Shown: piece after piece, positions 28,847 to 38,150 of the stretch
How the letters are laid out: every line of letters begins with the position of its first letter
How positions within the stretch are numbered: position 1 is the stretch's first letter
Origin: an uncultured bacterium
GTDB taxonomy: Bacteria > Patescibacteriota > Minisyncoccia > Phycocordibacterales > UBA6065
Length of the DNA: 64,000 nucleotides
Reading direction: 5' to 3'
Assembly (NCBI GenBank): GCA_963841935.1
Contig: CAWJEP010000005.1
Coordinates: forward strand, 164,003 to 228,002
Translations under genes and position numbers: made by a program
Notes under the pieces: model-generated
Told to the model about the DNA's origin: nothing
Database searches by the model: none
Seen by the model: the letters and a program-made list of their open reading frames with translations, nothing else

Positions 28847-29683
28847 TCAATTTTCTTTCTTCGCATCGCGAGAAAGTCGGCGAGGCATTACAATATGGAT
28901 GCGCACAAGCGCGTCGCCGCGGTGACGACCTTGGGGTACGCCACGGCCTCTGATGCGCAGGATTTCGCCGTGAGCGACGCCTTCGGGAACTTTAAGCGAG
29001 ATTGCCCCGTCGAGAGTCTCTAGCGGGTATTCGGCGCCGAGGAGGGCGTCGGAGAGTTTCACTTGGAGGTCGCCGACGATGTTCACGCCTTCTTTATGCC
29101 AGAATTTGTGCGGCTCGATGTGAATGCGCACATATAGGTCGCCCGAGACGCCGCCGTCGATAGGCTCGCCTTGATTCGCGAGCTTGAGCATTTCGCCGTC
29201 GTCGATGCCCGCCGGAATTTTCACTTTCAGATTTTTCTTGTAGTTTATTTCCCGCTCGACGCCAAAGACCGCGTCGTGAAGCGTCACATACAAATCCACC
29301 TGAATGTCGCGGCCGCGCCTCTGGCGCGGCCGCCCGCCTCCGAAAATGCTGCCGAAGAGGTCGTTGAGGTCAAACTCCACTCCGCCTTGGCCGAAGCCGC
29401 CCTGCTGAAAACCGGAGAAATCAAAACCGAAATCGTTAGGATTAAATCCCGCTCCGCCGAATCCGCCGGTGTTGCTACCGGCTGTGCCGAAAGTGTCGTA
29501 TTGCTGGCGTTTTTTGTCGTCGGAAAGGACGCTATACGCCTCGCTGACTTCTTTGAATTTCTCGGCGTTGCCGCCTTTCTTGTCGGGATGGTGTTCGTGG
29601 GCGAGTTTGCGGAACGCCTTTTTGATATCGTCTTGCGACGCGTTTTTCTCCACTCCGAGTGTTTTGTAATAATCTTTTGCCAT
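28847..29683 (-). CDS. DnaJ-class chaperone (J-domain + G/F region + C-terminal domains, no CxxCxGxG zinc finger; CbpA/type II-like)
   Basis: 'DYYKTLGV...HPDK' J-domain with HPD and a Gly/Phe-rich linker. There are no cysteines. It lies downstream of dnaK. Confidence 0.8.
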   Translation of the reverse strand: MAKDYYKTLGVEKNASQDDIKKAFRKLAHEHHPDKKGGNAEKFKEVSEAYSVLSDDKKRQQYDTFGTAGSNTGGFGGAGFNPNDFGFDFSGFQQGGFGQGGVEFDLNDLFGSIFGGGRPRQRRGRDIQVDLYVTLHDAVFGVEREINYKKNLKVKIPAGIDDGEMLKLANQGEPIDGGVSGDLYVRIHIEPHKFWHKEGVNIVGDLQVKLSDALLGAEYPLETLDGAISLKVPEGVAHGEILRIRGRGVPQGRHRGDALVRIHIVMPRRLSRDAKKEN

Positions 29684-29816
29684 TTAATTTTTGACCTTTT
29701 TCCGTGCCGATGCCTGTGCGAGAGCACGCATATTTTTCTGCTGAAAAATTGCTCTGCTCGGCTCGTCAGCCTGCGCAAGGCTTCGCCCAAGCACCGGCAC
29801 GGAAGCCGGTTTTAAT

Positions 29817-31718
29817 TTACTTTTTTTCCTCCTTGAAGTCGGCATCTCTCACATTCCCCTCTTCCGGCGGTTTGTTCTGATTCGGCGCGGACTGCTGATT
29901 CTTCATCATCGCCTCGCCAATCTTTTGCATAGCGAGCGACAAGTCCTCGGTCGCCTTTTTGATGGCGGCGATATCCGTGCCGCCTGCCTCACCGGCAGGC
30001 AGGTCTTTTACTTTTTTGACCTCGGCGATTTTCGCTTCGACATCGGTCTTCACTTCTGCCGGAACTTTATCTGCGCCATCTCTTATCGCCTTCTCCGCCG
30101 TGTAGATAGCTTGGTCGGCAAGATTGCGAGTTTCGATTTCGTCTTTCTTGGCTTGGTCTTCGCTCGCGTGCGCTTCGGCGTCGCGTTTCATTTTCTCGAT
30201 GTCGTCTTTCGAAAGTCCCGAGCTTCCCTGGATTTTAATCGACTGCTCTTTGCCCGAAGATTTTTCTTTGGCCTTGACCGCTAGAATGCCATTTGCGTCG
30301 ATGTCAAAAGTCACTTCGACTTGAGGCATACCGCGAGGAGCCGGCGGTATGCCATCGAGGACGAACCTGCCAAGTGATTTGTTGTCTCGAGCGAGAGCTC
30401 TTTCGCCTTGAACGACGTTTATCTCAACGGACGGCTGATTGTCGGCCGCCGTGGAAAATATTTGCGAACGCGAAGCCGGAATCGTTGTGTTTTTGTCGAT
30501 GAGATGCGTCGCGACACCGCCCATCGTCTCAATGCCCAGCGTTAGCGGAATGACATCAAGAAGCAAAACGTCTTTGACGTCGCCTTTGAGAATGCCGCCC
30601 TGGATAGCCGCGCCGAGCGCCACGACTTCGTCGGGATTGACCGACTGATTGGCTTTTTTCTTGAAGTAATCCTCGACTATCTTCACCATCGCCGGCATTC
30701 TGGTCTGTCCGCCGACTAGAATGACTTCGTTGATCTCAGGAAGTTTGAAGGGAGATGCGTCCATCGCGCGTTTCGTAATCATCATCGCGCGGTCAAGGAA
30801 TTCTTGGGTAAGTTCTTCGAGTTTCGCGCGAGTGATTTTCTGGACGAGGTGAAGAGGACCGTTTACGCCGCTTGATATAAACGGAATATTGATTTCAGTT
30901 TCGATTGCCGTCGAGAGTTCGATTTTGGCTTTCTCCGCCGCGTCGTCGAGACGCTGTTTGGCGAGAACGTCTTTTCGCAAATCGACGCCGTTTTCTTTCT
31001 GAAATTGGTCCGCGAGCCAGTTGATGATTTTCTGGTCGATGTCTTTACCGCCGAGATGGGCGTCGCCGTCGGTTGATTTCACTTCGATGACATCGTCGCC
31101 GACTTCCAAGACGGAAATGTCGAATGTACCGCCGCCGAAATCGAAGACGACTATTTTTTCGTTTTTCTTTTTGTTGAATCCATAAGCGAGGGCCGCCGCC
31201 GTGGGCTCGTTTATAATGCGCATCACTTCGAGTCCGGCGATTTTTCCGGCGTCTTTGGTCGCTTGTCGCTGGCTGTCGTTGAAGTATGCGGGAACAGTGA
31301 TAACCGCTTGGGTCACCGGCTCGCCGAGGCGCGCTTCTGCGTCTTGTTTCATTTTCTGGAGAATCATCGCGGAAATTTCTTCCGGTCTTTTCCATTCGCC
31401 GTTTAGATTGACCTCAATGCCGCCGTTTGCCGCTTTGCGGCATTCGAAAGGCACCGAAGCGATGTCTTTTTGCGCCGCCGGCTCATCCCAAGAGTGGCCG
31501 ATAAATCTTTTGATTTGATAAATCGTGTTTTTGGGATTGGTCACCGACTGCCTCTTGGCCGTGACGCCGACGAGCCGTTCGCCGGTTTTCGAGACGGCGA
31601 CGATTGATGGCGTGGTGCGCATGCCTTCGCTGTTTTCGAGGATTTTCGGCTCACCACCTTCGACAACCGCTACCGCCGAGTTGGTTGTTCCTAGGTCTAT
31701 ACCGATTATTTTTGACAT
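29817..31718 (-). CDS. dnaK: Chaperone DnaK (Hsp70)
   Basis: '[12 protein letters not shown]', 'DLGGGTFD' and a C-terminal lid domain. Confidence 0.95.
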   Translation of the reverse strand: MSKIIGIDLGTTNSAVAVVEGGEPKILENSEGMRTTPSIVAVSKTGERLVGVTAKRQSVTNPKNTIYQIKRFIGHSWDEPAAQKDIASVPFECRKAANGGIEVNLNGEWKRPEEISAMILQKMKQDAEARLGEPVTQAVITVPAYFNDSQRQATKDAGKIAGLEVMRIINEPTAAALAYGFNKKKNEKIVVFDFGGGTFDISVLEVGDDVIEVKSTDGDAHLGGKDIDQKIINWLADQFQKENGVDLRKDVLAKQRLDDAAEKAKIELSTAIETEINIPFISSGVNGPLHLVQKITRAKLEELTQEFLDRAMMITKRAMDASPFKLPEINEVILVGGQTRMPAMVKIVEDYFKKKANQSVNPDEVVALGAAIQGGILKGDVKDVLLLDVIPLTLGIETMGGVATHLIDKNTTIPASRSQIFSTAADNQPSVEINVVQGERALARDNKSLGRFVLDGIPPAPRGMPQVEVTFDIDANGILAVKAKEKSSGKEQSIKIQGSSGLSKDDIEKMKRDAEAHASEDQAKKDEIETRNLADQAIYTAEKAIRDGADKVPAEVKTDVEAKIAEVKKVKDLPAGEAGGTDIAAIKKATEDLSLAMQKIGEAMMKNQQSAPNQNKPPEEGNVRDADFKEEKK

Positions 31719-31768
31719 AAGTTTTTTAAGTTAGAGATTAATGAACGCAAGAAAAACCGCGCCGGAAG

Positions 31769-31843
31769 CACAGGATGTGCGATATTTTTGAGCGCGTAAG
31801 TCTTAGCGAAGCGCACAAGCGAAAAAATATCGCACATCCTGCG
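31769..31843. repeat. Palindromic repeat element copy C in the grpE-dnaK spacer (arms gcacaggatgtgcgatattttt / aaaaatatcgcacatcctgcg)
   Basis: Core gagcgcgtaagtcttagcgaagcgcacaagcga matches copies A, D and E. Confidence 0.85.
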
Positions 31844-31855
31844 TGAGGCGCTAGA

Positions 31856-32143
31856 TTAGAAATTAGGTGCTCGTGTGGGTTGGCTTATGACGAATGAAAA
31901 ATCGGAGACGATATTTTTCGATGATTCAAAATAAGGACTCTTTATAGAAACGACAAAAGCGTTTTTCGCCTTGGCTTTCGGCAAAGCGATGGTTTCGGCA
32001 CGGTCCATATATCTGAAATCAACGAGGCGAACGGAATATCCCTCTATTCCCTCGACAACGGCAAAAAACGCGAGGACTTCTCGGCCGTTAAAAGTGCCTT
32101 TCTTGGCTATGATTTGGGAGTTTTGGACGAGGGACTTTGACAT
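31856..32143 (-). CDS. Hypothetical small protein between grpE and dnaK
   Basis: A 95-aa ORF with no recognisable motif; it may not be a real gene. Confidence 0.3.
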   Translation of the reverse strand: MSKSLVQNSQIIAKKGTFNGREVLAFFAVVEGIEGYSVRLVDFRYMDRAETIALPKAKAKNAFVVSIKSPYFESSKNIVSDFSFVISQPTRAPNF

Positions 32144-32162
32144 GCGTTTATTATATCACTTC

Positions 32163-32759
32163 CTACGATTTTGTATATTCCCCGACGACGACTTTGGCCG
32201 GACGGAGAAGTTTCGTCCCGAGCATATAACCTTTCTCCACCACGGCTACGACTTTGTGATTGTCGGATTCCTTTTCCACCGGTTCGTGTTTCGTCGCTTC
32301 GTGCTCTTTGGCGTCAAACATTTTTCCGAGCGGATTGATTTCTTTCAAACCATTTGCCGTGAGCGTGTCTTTGAGTTTGTTGTAAATGAATTCCACTCCG
32401 ACGCGCCAATTTTTGTCTATTTTCTCCCAAGCTTCCCTGTTAGCGAAAGCCATTTCAAACGCCTGAAGCGTCGGTAAAAGTTCTTCGATTAATCCTTCGT
32501 TCGCGAGGGATATGGAGTCACGGAGCATTTCTTGATTGCGCTTGTTTGCGTTTACGAAATCCGCTTTGGCCCTCTGCCAGCCGTCTAGATACTCCTGTTT
32601 TTCGGCGACAGCTTTCTTCAATTTCTCCCGCAATTTTTTTATCATTTCCTGCGCGTTTTCTTCCGCCACGACAGAATCGTCGAGTGTGTCATCGACTTCT
32701 ATAGAAACATCTTCTGCTTTTTTCTCTTCGTCTTTTTTCATGTTTTTAAATATTAACAC
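32163..32759 (-). CDS. grpE: Nucleotide exchange factor GrpE
   Basis: Coiled-coil N-terminus and a GrpE C-terminal beta domain. It neighbours dnaK. Confidence 0.85.
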   Translation of the reverse strand: MLIFKNMKKDEEKKAEDVSIEVDDTLDDSVVAEENAQEMIKKLREKLKKAVAEKQEYLDGWQRAKADFVNANKRNQEMLRDSISLANEGLIEELLPTLQAFEMAFANREAWEKIDKNWRVGVEFIYNKLKDTLTANGLKEINPLGKMFDAKEHEATKHEPVEKESDNHKVVAVVEKGYMLGTKLLRPAKVVVGEYTKS

Positions 32760-32760
32760 A

Positions 32761-32780
32761 AGAGCACCTTTCGGTGCTCT
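32761..32780. promoter_or_regulatory. Perfect 8-bp inverted repeat (agagcacc-tttc-ggtgctct) between the rpsI stop and the grpE start; a candidate operator or terminator
   Basis: It sits in the 27-nt rpsI-grpE spacer. The GAGCAC/GTGCTC half-sites are reminiscent of, but not identical to, CIRCE. Confidence 0.35.
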
Positions 32781-32786
32781 TTGTTT

Positions 32787-33194
32787 CTAGCGTTTAGACC
32801 ATTGAGGCGCTTTCCTTGCCTTCTTCAAACCGAACTTGCGGCGTTCTTTGGCGCGCTGGTCGCGAGTGAGGAATCCGAGCTTCTTCAATTTCTTTCGCAT
32901 TTCTTTGTCGTATTCGAGAAGGGCGCGAGCAATGCCATGACGCAGAGCTTCGGCTTGGCCGTTTATGCCGCCGCCGTTTAGCTTGCCGGAGACGGAAAAC
33001 TTCTGGTCGATTTTTGATTTTACGAAAGCGTCTTCGGCAATCGCTTGGAGCATTTTGGTCGGAAAATATCCGGCGAGGTCCTTGCCGTTAAGCGTAAATG
33101 TAGTTTTGGTCGCCGGCGTGAGGCGCACGCGAGCCACGGCCGTCTTTCTTCGTCCCACCGCTTCGAAATATTTGTGTTTGGTTTCGGTTGTCAT
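32787..33194 (-). CDS. rpsI: 30S ribosomal protein S9 (uS9)
   Basis: C-terminal '...RAKERRKFGLKKARKAPQWSKR' matches uS9. Confidence 0.9.
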   Translation of the reverse strand: MTTETKHKYFEAVGRRKTAVARVRLTPATKTTFTLNGKDLAGYFPTKMLQAIAEDAFVKSKIDQKFSVSGKLNGGGINGQAEALRHGIARALLEYDKEMRKKLKKLGFLTRDQRAKERRKFGLKKARKAPQWSKR

Positions 33195-33198
33195 AAAT

Positions 33199-33552
33199 TT
33201 ATTCTTTTACGGTCAGATTTTTCATTATTCTCGGTGTAAGTTTGTTTTTCGGCAGCATTCCTTTGACCGCCATTCTGAAAATCTCGCTCACGCCTTTCTT
33301 CGAGATGATTTTCGCCATCGTCGGCTTTTTCAAGCCGCCAGGATATCCCGAATAGCGAGCGTATGTCTTTTCCAATTTTTTCTTTTCAGAAATGTCGGCT
33401 TTGGAAACGTTTGTGATAACGACCGAAACATCGGCGACCTTGTTTGCCGCGTAGCTTGCCGACTGCTTGCCCATCAAAATCTTTGCCGCTTCGCTCGCGA
33501 CACGTCCGATTCTCTTGCCTTCCGCGTTTATGGTGTGTGATTTCTTTTCCAT
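33199..33552 (-). CDS. rplM: 50S ribosomal protein L13 (uL13)
   Basis: 'AVKGMLPKNKLTPRIMKNL' matches uL13. It is in rplM-rpsI synteny. Confidence 0.85.
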   Translation of the reverse strand: MEKKSHTINAEGKRIGRVASEAAKILMGKQSASYAANKVADVSVVITNVSKADISEKKKLEKTYARYSGYPGGLKKPTMAKIISKKGVSEIFRMAVKGMLPKNKLTPRIMKNLTVKE

Positions 33553-33553
33553 T

Positions 33554-33904
33554 TTATTTTACGAATGAAATTTGAGCCATCTTGGCGCCGTCTTTCTTGC
33601 GAATCGGCAATTTGATGATTCTCGTGTAACCGCCGGCGCGTTTCATGGTCGGCGCTATAGTGTCGACAAGTTTCTTCGCGGCTTTCGGGTCTCCTATGCG
33701 CGCGACGAGTATGCGGCGGTCGGCGACGGTCGCGCTTTTCGCTCGCGTCACGAGCTTTTCCACGACCGGTCTAAGGGATTTGGCCTTGGCTTCCGTGGTG
33801 GTGATGGCTTCGTGAATGATGAGCGAGCGCACCAAAGACTTCAAAAGAGCGCGGCGCGGGCCCGCTTCCCTTCCGAATTTTCTGTTTTTGTCGTGTTTAC
33901 GCAT
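33554..33904 (-). CDS. rplQ: 50S ribosomal protein L17 (bL17)
   Basis: 'MRKHDKNRKFGR...RRALLKSL' matches bL17. It lies downstream of rpoA. Confidence 0.88.
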   Translation of the reverse strand: MRKHDKNRKFGREAGPRRALLKSLVRSLIIHEAITTTEAKAKSLRPVVEKLVTRAKSATVADRRILVARIGDPKAAKKLVDTIAPTMKRAGGYTRIIKLPIRKKDGAKMAQISFVK

Positions 33905-33910
33905 TGGAAA

Positions 33911-34864
33911 TTATTTAAGGGTCATACCGAATTCGCCGAGAACTTTTTTGATTTCCTGAATGGCTTTCGGTCCGAGTCCCTCGATATTTTCGAGGTCGTC
34001 TTCCTTCTTTCGGACGAGTCCTCCGACCGTGCGAATGTTGGCGTTTGTTAGCGCCGTCGTCGTGCGAGTCGAGAGACCGAGAGTTTCGATGCGGGTCTTG
34101 AGGAATTCCGTGTCGAGCTCTTTTTTCTCTTTCGGCTCGGCCTTTTCCTCTTTGACCGCGATGATTTCCTCTTCTTTGAAGCCGACAATGGCTTTGAGCT
34201 GGTGAATCATGGTCTCGATTGACTTGCTCAAAGCGTCGTGCGGACTCATGGTGCCGTCGGTCTCGACGGTGATGCGCAAGCGGTTGAAATCCGTGCGATC
34301 GCCGACGCGCATATTCTCCACCTCGTAATTTACTCTTTTTATCGGGGCGAAGACGGCGTCGAGTGCGATAGCGCCGATGTCGGCGCGGTCTTTTTGGTAA
34401 ACGTCTTTCGAAACGAATCCCGTGCCGCGCTCGACTTTGATTTCAATGTCGAGAGAAGTGGCTTTGTCGGTAATGCTCGCTATGTGCTGACCAAGGTTTA
34501 CTATTTCCACCTGACCCGGAGCTTCAATGTCTTTAGCCGTGATATCTTTGACGCCTTTGGCCTTGATGACGAGAGTTTGCGGCTCTTCAGTGAGCATTTT
34601 CACGCGGACTTTTTTCAAATTGAGAATGATGGCGATGACGTCTTCTTTGACTCCCGGGATGGTCGAGAATTCGTGGGAAACGCCGGCGATTTTTACCTGC
34701 GTTATGGCCGCGCCGGTCAAGGACGATAGAATGATGCGGCGCAAGGAATTGCCGAGCGTGTGGCCGTAGCCCGGATAAAGGCCGTCGATTTCATAAACTC
34801 CAAGCGCGCCTTCTTCGCGGACGATTTTCGGCTTTGAAGGAAGTGTGATGTTGTTTTCGCTCAT
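33911..34864 (-). CDS. rpoA: DNA-directed RNA polymerase alpha subunit
   Basis: N-terminal dimerisation domain and a C-terminal domain with HhH. In rpsD-rpoA-rplQ order. Confidence 0.9.
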   Translation of the reverse strand: MSENNITLPSKPKIVREEGALGVYEIDGLYPGYGHTLGNSLRRIILSSLTGAAITQVKIAGVSHEFSTIPGVKEDVIAIILNLKKVRVKMLTEEPQTLVIKAKGVKDITAKDIEAPGQVEIVNLGQHIASITDKATSLDIEIKVERGTGFVSKDVYQKDRADIGAIALDAVFAPIKRVNYEVENMRVGDRTDFNRLRITVETDGTMSPHDALSKSIETMIHQLKAIVGFKEEEIIAVKEEKAEPKEKKELDTEFLKTRIETLGLSTRTTTALTNANIRTVGGLVRKKEDDLENIEGLGPKAIQEIKKVLGEFGMTLK

Positions 34865-34891
34865 ATATTTATTTAAATAAAGTATTAAAAA

Positions 34892-35494
34892 TTAACGGCT
34901 ATAAAACTCCAATACGGCTTTGATGTCGAAATGATTGTCTCTCGGCTCGTATTTTGGCGCTCCCATGACCTTCGCGTCCTTTTTCTCCACGTCGTAAGAA
35001 AGCCACGAAGGCACTTTCACCTCTTTCATCTTTTCGGCAAGCGTGGCGAACAGGGGCTTGCCCGCGCTTCCCGGTCGAATGGAAATGATTTCTCCGACGG
35101 CAACGGAATAGGACGGTATGGTAACGCGCCGCGCGCCCACCTTTATGTGACCGTGAGAGACCATCTGGCGCGCGGCGCTTCGGGTCGGCGCGAAGCCGAG
35201 ACGGTAAACGACATTGTCGAGGCGATACTCGAGTTTCTGAAAAAGAAGCTCGATGGAGTTGACGCCTTTTTTGGCCACGGATTCGCGGACATATTTGGAG
35301 AACTGGCGCTCGTTTAATCCGTAAGTAAAACGGGCCTTCTGTTTCTCGAGCATCTGAAGTCCGAAGTCGGACTTCGGACGCCACGCGCCTTTGTCTTTTC
35401 TCTCTTGGCGCAAAGTATATTTGGCCGTTTGAGTTTTCTCAAAAAGCGGAGCGCCGAGGCGGCGAGCGACTTTATACTTGGATTTAATAATCAT
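34892..35494 (-). CDS. rpsD: 30S ribosomal protein S4 (uS4)
   Basis: 'SKYKVARRLGAPLF...ERKDKGAWRPK' matches uS4. Confidence 0.9.
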   Translation of the reverse strand: MIIKSKYKVARRLGAPLFEKTQTAKYTLRQERKDKGAWRPKSDFGLQMLEKQKARFTYGLNERQFSKYVRESVAKKGVNSIELLFQKLEYRLDNVVYRLGFAPTRSAARQMVSHGHIKVGARRVTIPSYSVAVGEIISIRPGSAGKPLFATLAEKMKEVKVPSWLSYDVEKKDAKVMGAPKYEPRDNHFDIKAVLEFYSR

Positions 35495-35517
35495 AATAAT
35501 TTAAAAAATATTGAAAT

Positions 35518-35949
35518 TTATACTCTGCGGGCTCTCGGCGGGCGCGGACCGTTGTGCGGAACCGGCGTCTCGTCCTTGATGGACGAGAGACCGAAACCTT
35601 TGGCGATAAAAGCGCGAACGGCCGATTCGCGGCCGCTACCAACGCCTTTGACAATGACGGAAACTTCTTTGACGCCGAGGGCTTTGGCTTTTTCCGCGAC
35701 GGTCTCGCCGACTTTGGCGGCCGCGAACGGCGTGCCTTTCTTGGCGCCTGCAAATCCTAGAGCGCCGGAGGAAGAAGAAACCAAAGCGTTGCCGAGGGTG
35801 TCGGTCAAAAGCACGACGGTGTTGTTGAAAGTCGAGCGGACATGAAGCACGCCCGTATCGACTTTCTTTTTTGAAACTTTCGAAGCCGCCGCCTTCGGCG
35901 CGCCCTCTGTTTTCTCTCCTTCCGTTTTAACTATTCGTTTCTTACCCAT
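35518..35949 (-). CDS. rpsK: 30S ribosomal protein S11 (uS11)
   Basis: 'HVRSTFNNTVV...TD..GNAL' and a C-terminal 'PHNGPRPPRARR' match uS11. Confidence 0.9.
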   Translation of the reverse strand: MGKKRIVKTEGEKTEGAPKAAASKVSKKKVDTGVLHVRSTFNNTVVLLTDTLGNALVSSSSGALGFAGAKKGTPFAAAKVGETVAEKAKALGVKEVSVIVKGVGSGRESAVRAFIAKGFGLSSIKDETPVPHNGPRPPRARRV

Positions 35950-35972
35950 TGTGATTGCTGTATTAAGGAAGA

Positions 35973-36353
35973 TTATTTTTTATCCGCTATCTTTCGTCCC
36001 GTGCCCATGGTCTTTCTCGTATTGCCCCTTCGGGTTCTCGAGTTGGTCTTGGTGCGCTGACCTCGAGACGGAAGACCTTTTTGGTGGCGAGTGCCGCGAT
36101 AGCTTTTTATGTCCTTGAGACGCTTGATGTTCCCCGCCACTTCACGTTTGAGATCGCCTTCGACTTTGACCGACTCGACGATTTTCCTGATGGCGTTCTC
36201 CTGTTCCGGAGTAATTTCTTTGGCTTTGACGCCGTAACCGACTTTGGCCTGGTCTAGAATCGATTGCGCCCGCGAGCGGCCGATTCCGTACAAAGCGGTG
36301 AGAGCGATTTCAATTCTTTTGTTGTCGGCAAGGGTTATACCCAAAATACGCAT
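35973..36353 (-). CDS. rpsM: 30S ribosomal protein S13 (uS13)
   Basis: 'MRILGITLADNKRIEIALTALYGIG' matches uS13. Confidence 0.9.
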   Translation of the reverse strand: MRILGITLADNKRIEIALTALYGIGRSRAQSILDQAKVGYGVKAKEITPEQENAIRKIVESVKVEGDLKREVAGNIKRLKDIKSYRGTRHQKGLPSRGQRTKTNSRTRRGNTRKTMGTGRKIADKK

Positions 36354-36441
36354 TGTATAAAAAATAAGACGCGTAAAAACACACTTCGTGTGTTTCGCGC
36401 GCAGAAAATTACCTTAACATAACGCCGAAAAACGCGCAACT

Positions 36442-36558
36442 TTAGCCCTGCCTCTGCTTGTGGCGCGGATTGCCCTTGCAAATAACATAGACATAGCCGC
36501 CGCGGCGGACGATTTGGCATTTAGCGCATTTCTTTTTCACTGAAGATTTGACTTTCAT
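36442..36558 (-). CDS. rpmJ: 50S ribosomal protein L36 (bL36)
   Basis: '[38 protein letters not shown]' is 38 aa with a zinc ribbon. Start is the internal ATG of the longer ORF. Confidence 0.88.
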   Translation of the reverse strand: MKVKSSVKKKCAKCQIVRRGGYVYVICKGNPRHKQRQG

Positions 36559-36568
36559 GTTTTTTATT

Positions 36569-36784
36569 TTACATTCTTTGGACAATTCGTCCTTTACCGC
36601 CGTATTCGTCGAGTTCGACCTTGACTTTATCCCCCACAAGCACTCTAACGCGGTTTAGTCTCATTCTACCCGCGAGGTAGGCCATGATTTCCGTGCTGTC
36701 TTCGAGCGTCACCCGAAAAAGCGTGTTAGGCAGTGCTTCCGTCACCACTCCCGATACTTGGGTCTTGGCTTTCTTTTCGATCAT
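36569..36784 (-). CDS. infA: Translation initiation factor IF-1
   Basis: S1-like OB fold '[31 protein letters not shown]'. Confidence 0.9.
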   Translation of the reverse strand: MIEKKAKTQVSGVVTEALPNTLFRVTLEDSTEIMAYLAGRMRLNRVRVLVGDKVKVELDEYGGKGRIVQRM

Positions 36785-36824
36785 TGTGTGGAAGAGTGCA
36801 TACTAATCAAATAAATGAATGATG

Positions 36825-38132
36825 TCAATCGGCGCTTGAAGTCGCAATGTTAATTTCGGAAGCGTCGTTTGGAAAACTTCCAAGCCAGAACGGAAAAAAA
36901 GAAACGCTGGCACGACTTACGTGCGGATAGCCTTGAAGTATGGTGGTAAAATCGCTTTTTGGTTTGCCGGCGAGCTGCGCAGCGAAAGTCTCCGCGTCAA
37001 CCGTCCAGACGAATTTCGCCGTGCCGGATAAATTGAACGACATCGAAGATGTCGTTGCCGTCGGCACGGCGTTTGTCGAGAAAATCAGGTTGCCGAGATT
37101 GCTAATGGTTATCGGCTCGCCGGCATATCCTTTCACGACGTCACTGGCCAAAGCCAAACTCAAATCGCCGGCGCTCAAAGCAAAACCGGTGAGCTCGGCC
37201 TGCTCGTTTATCGTCACTTTGTTGCCGTTCGAATCGATGGTATCCGGAAGAGACGTGAAGTCCACGCGGTAAGCGTTTGGATACAAAACATATCCGCTCG
37301 GCACGGATGTTGAAGCGGCCGCGGTTATCTCCGATTGCAGATTTGAACGAACAACAGCTTCTGCGGAACTCCTGTCCGCGCCGTCAATCACTGGCTCGGT
37401 ACCGGAAAATCCTCCGGTCATCTGCGTTTTCGAACGAGCGAATATGCCGTCGTACTCCGGCTCGCCGGCAAAGCCCGGAATATTGAAATCGGAAAGGTCG
37501 ATGTTGTATTTGTTTCCAACTTGGTCGGCGGTGACCGTCACAGTGACGCTTCCGGGCGTCGTCACTCCTCCTTTTGTCGTCTTGCCGGGAACGGAAATTG
37601 ACGAAGCGATGCGGTAAATAAGTCCGCCGGAAGTTTCAAAGCGCGTGTTGGCAAGGAGTTTCTGCGGAGTCGTGGAATAATCGTTGAAAACAATGATGGT
37701 ACCGGTGGCTTTCGTCTCTACGTCTTTCGTGGTGGTGGCGGAAAGAGTTATGGAACCAGTTTTCGTAATGGATATTACCGAGTCGGTAATGCCATTCGTG
37801 GTCGAAGCCAAGGAAATGTTACGAGTCGTGAATGAGCCATCTACCGGAGCGCTTTCACTTCCCAAAGTTACCGAAACCGTGGCGTGAGCGAAAGCGTCGG
37901 CGGCAAAATAAAGAGCGACAAGAACAACTACGACGCCGCCGATGATGAAATATTTTTTGGACTTATTGCCTCCGCCGTGGCGGTGTTTAATTTCCTCTCT
38001 AATATTTTCCGCGGCATTGTCATCTTTATGAATATGGATCTCGCGAGCGCGTTCGCGGCTATGAGGAATGGGAATATCTCTAATACTTTTTCTCGCGGAA
38101 GGAATTATGTCTTGGATTATGCGTCGTTGCAT
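36825..38132 (-). CDS. Hypothetical single-pass membrane protein with a large Thr/Ser-rich extracytoplasmic domain
   Basis: A roughly 60-aa cytoplasmic N-terminus, one TM helix ('YFIIGGVVVVLVALYFAADAF') and a roughly 360-aa outside domain. It occupies the position where map/adk/secY normally precede infA. Confidence 0.5.
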   Translation of the reverse strand: MQRRIIQDIIPSARKSIRDIPIPHSRERAREIHIHKDDNAAENIREEIKHRHGGGNKSKKYFIIGGVVVVLVALYFAADAFAHATVSVTLGSESAPVDGSFTTRNISLASTTNGITDSVISITKTGSITLSATTTKDVETKATGTIIVFNDYSTTPQKLLANTRFETSGGLIYRIASSISVPGKTTKGGVTTPGSVTVTVTADQVGNKYNIDLSDFNIPGFAGEPEYDGIFARSKTQMTGGFSGTEPVIDGADRSSAEAVVRSNLQSEITAAASTSVPSGYVLYPNAYRVDFTSLPDTIDSNGNKVTINEQAELTGFALSAGDLSLALASDVVKGYAGEPITISNLGNLIFSTNAVPTATTSSMSFNLSGTAKFVWTVDAETFAAQLAGKPKSDFTTILQGYPHVSRASVSFFPFWLGSFPNDASEINIATSSAD

Positions 38133-38150
38133 GCGCTTAATTATACACTA

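Noticed and set aside
29284-29790. 168-aa minus-strand ORF overlapping the dnaJ-like gene and the dnaK-dnaJ spacer
   Set aside because: It overlaps a well-supported J-protein gene in another frame. The Arg/Ser-rich composition is typical of antisense or out-of-frame artefacts in GC-rich stretches.
36376-36396. Hairpin aaacacac-ttcg-tgtgttt between rpmJ and rpsM
   Set aside because: A short AT-rich stem inside an operon with no flanking U-run on the transcribed strand. Probably incidental.
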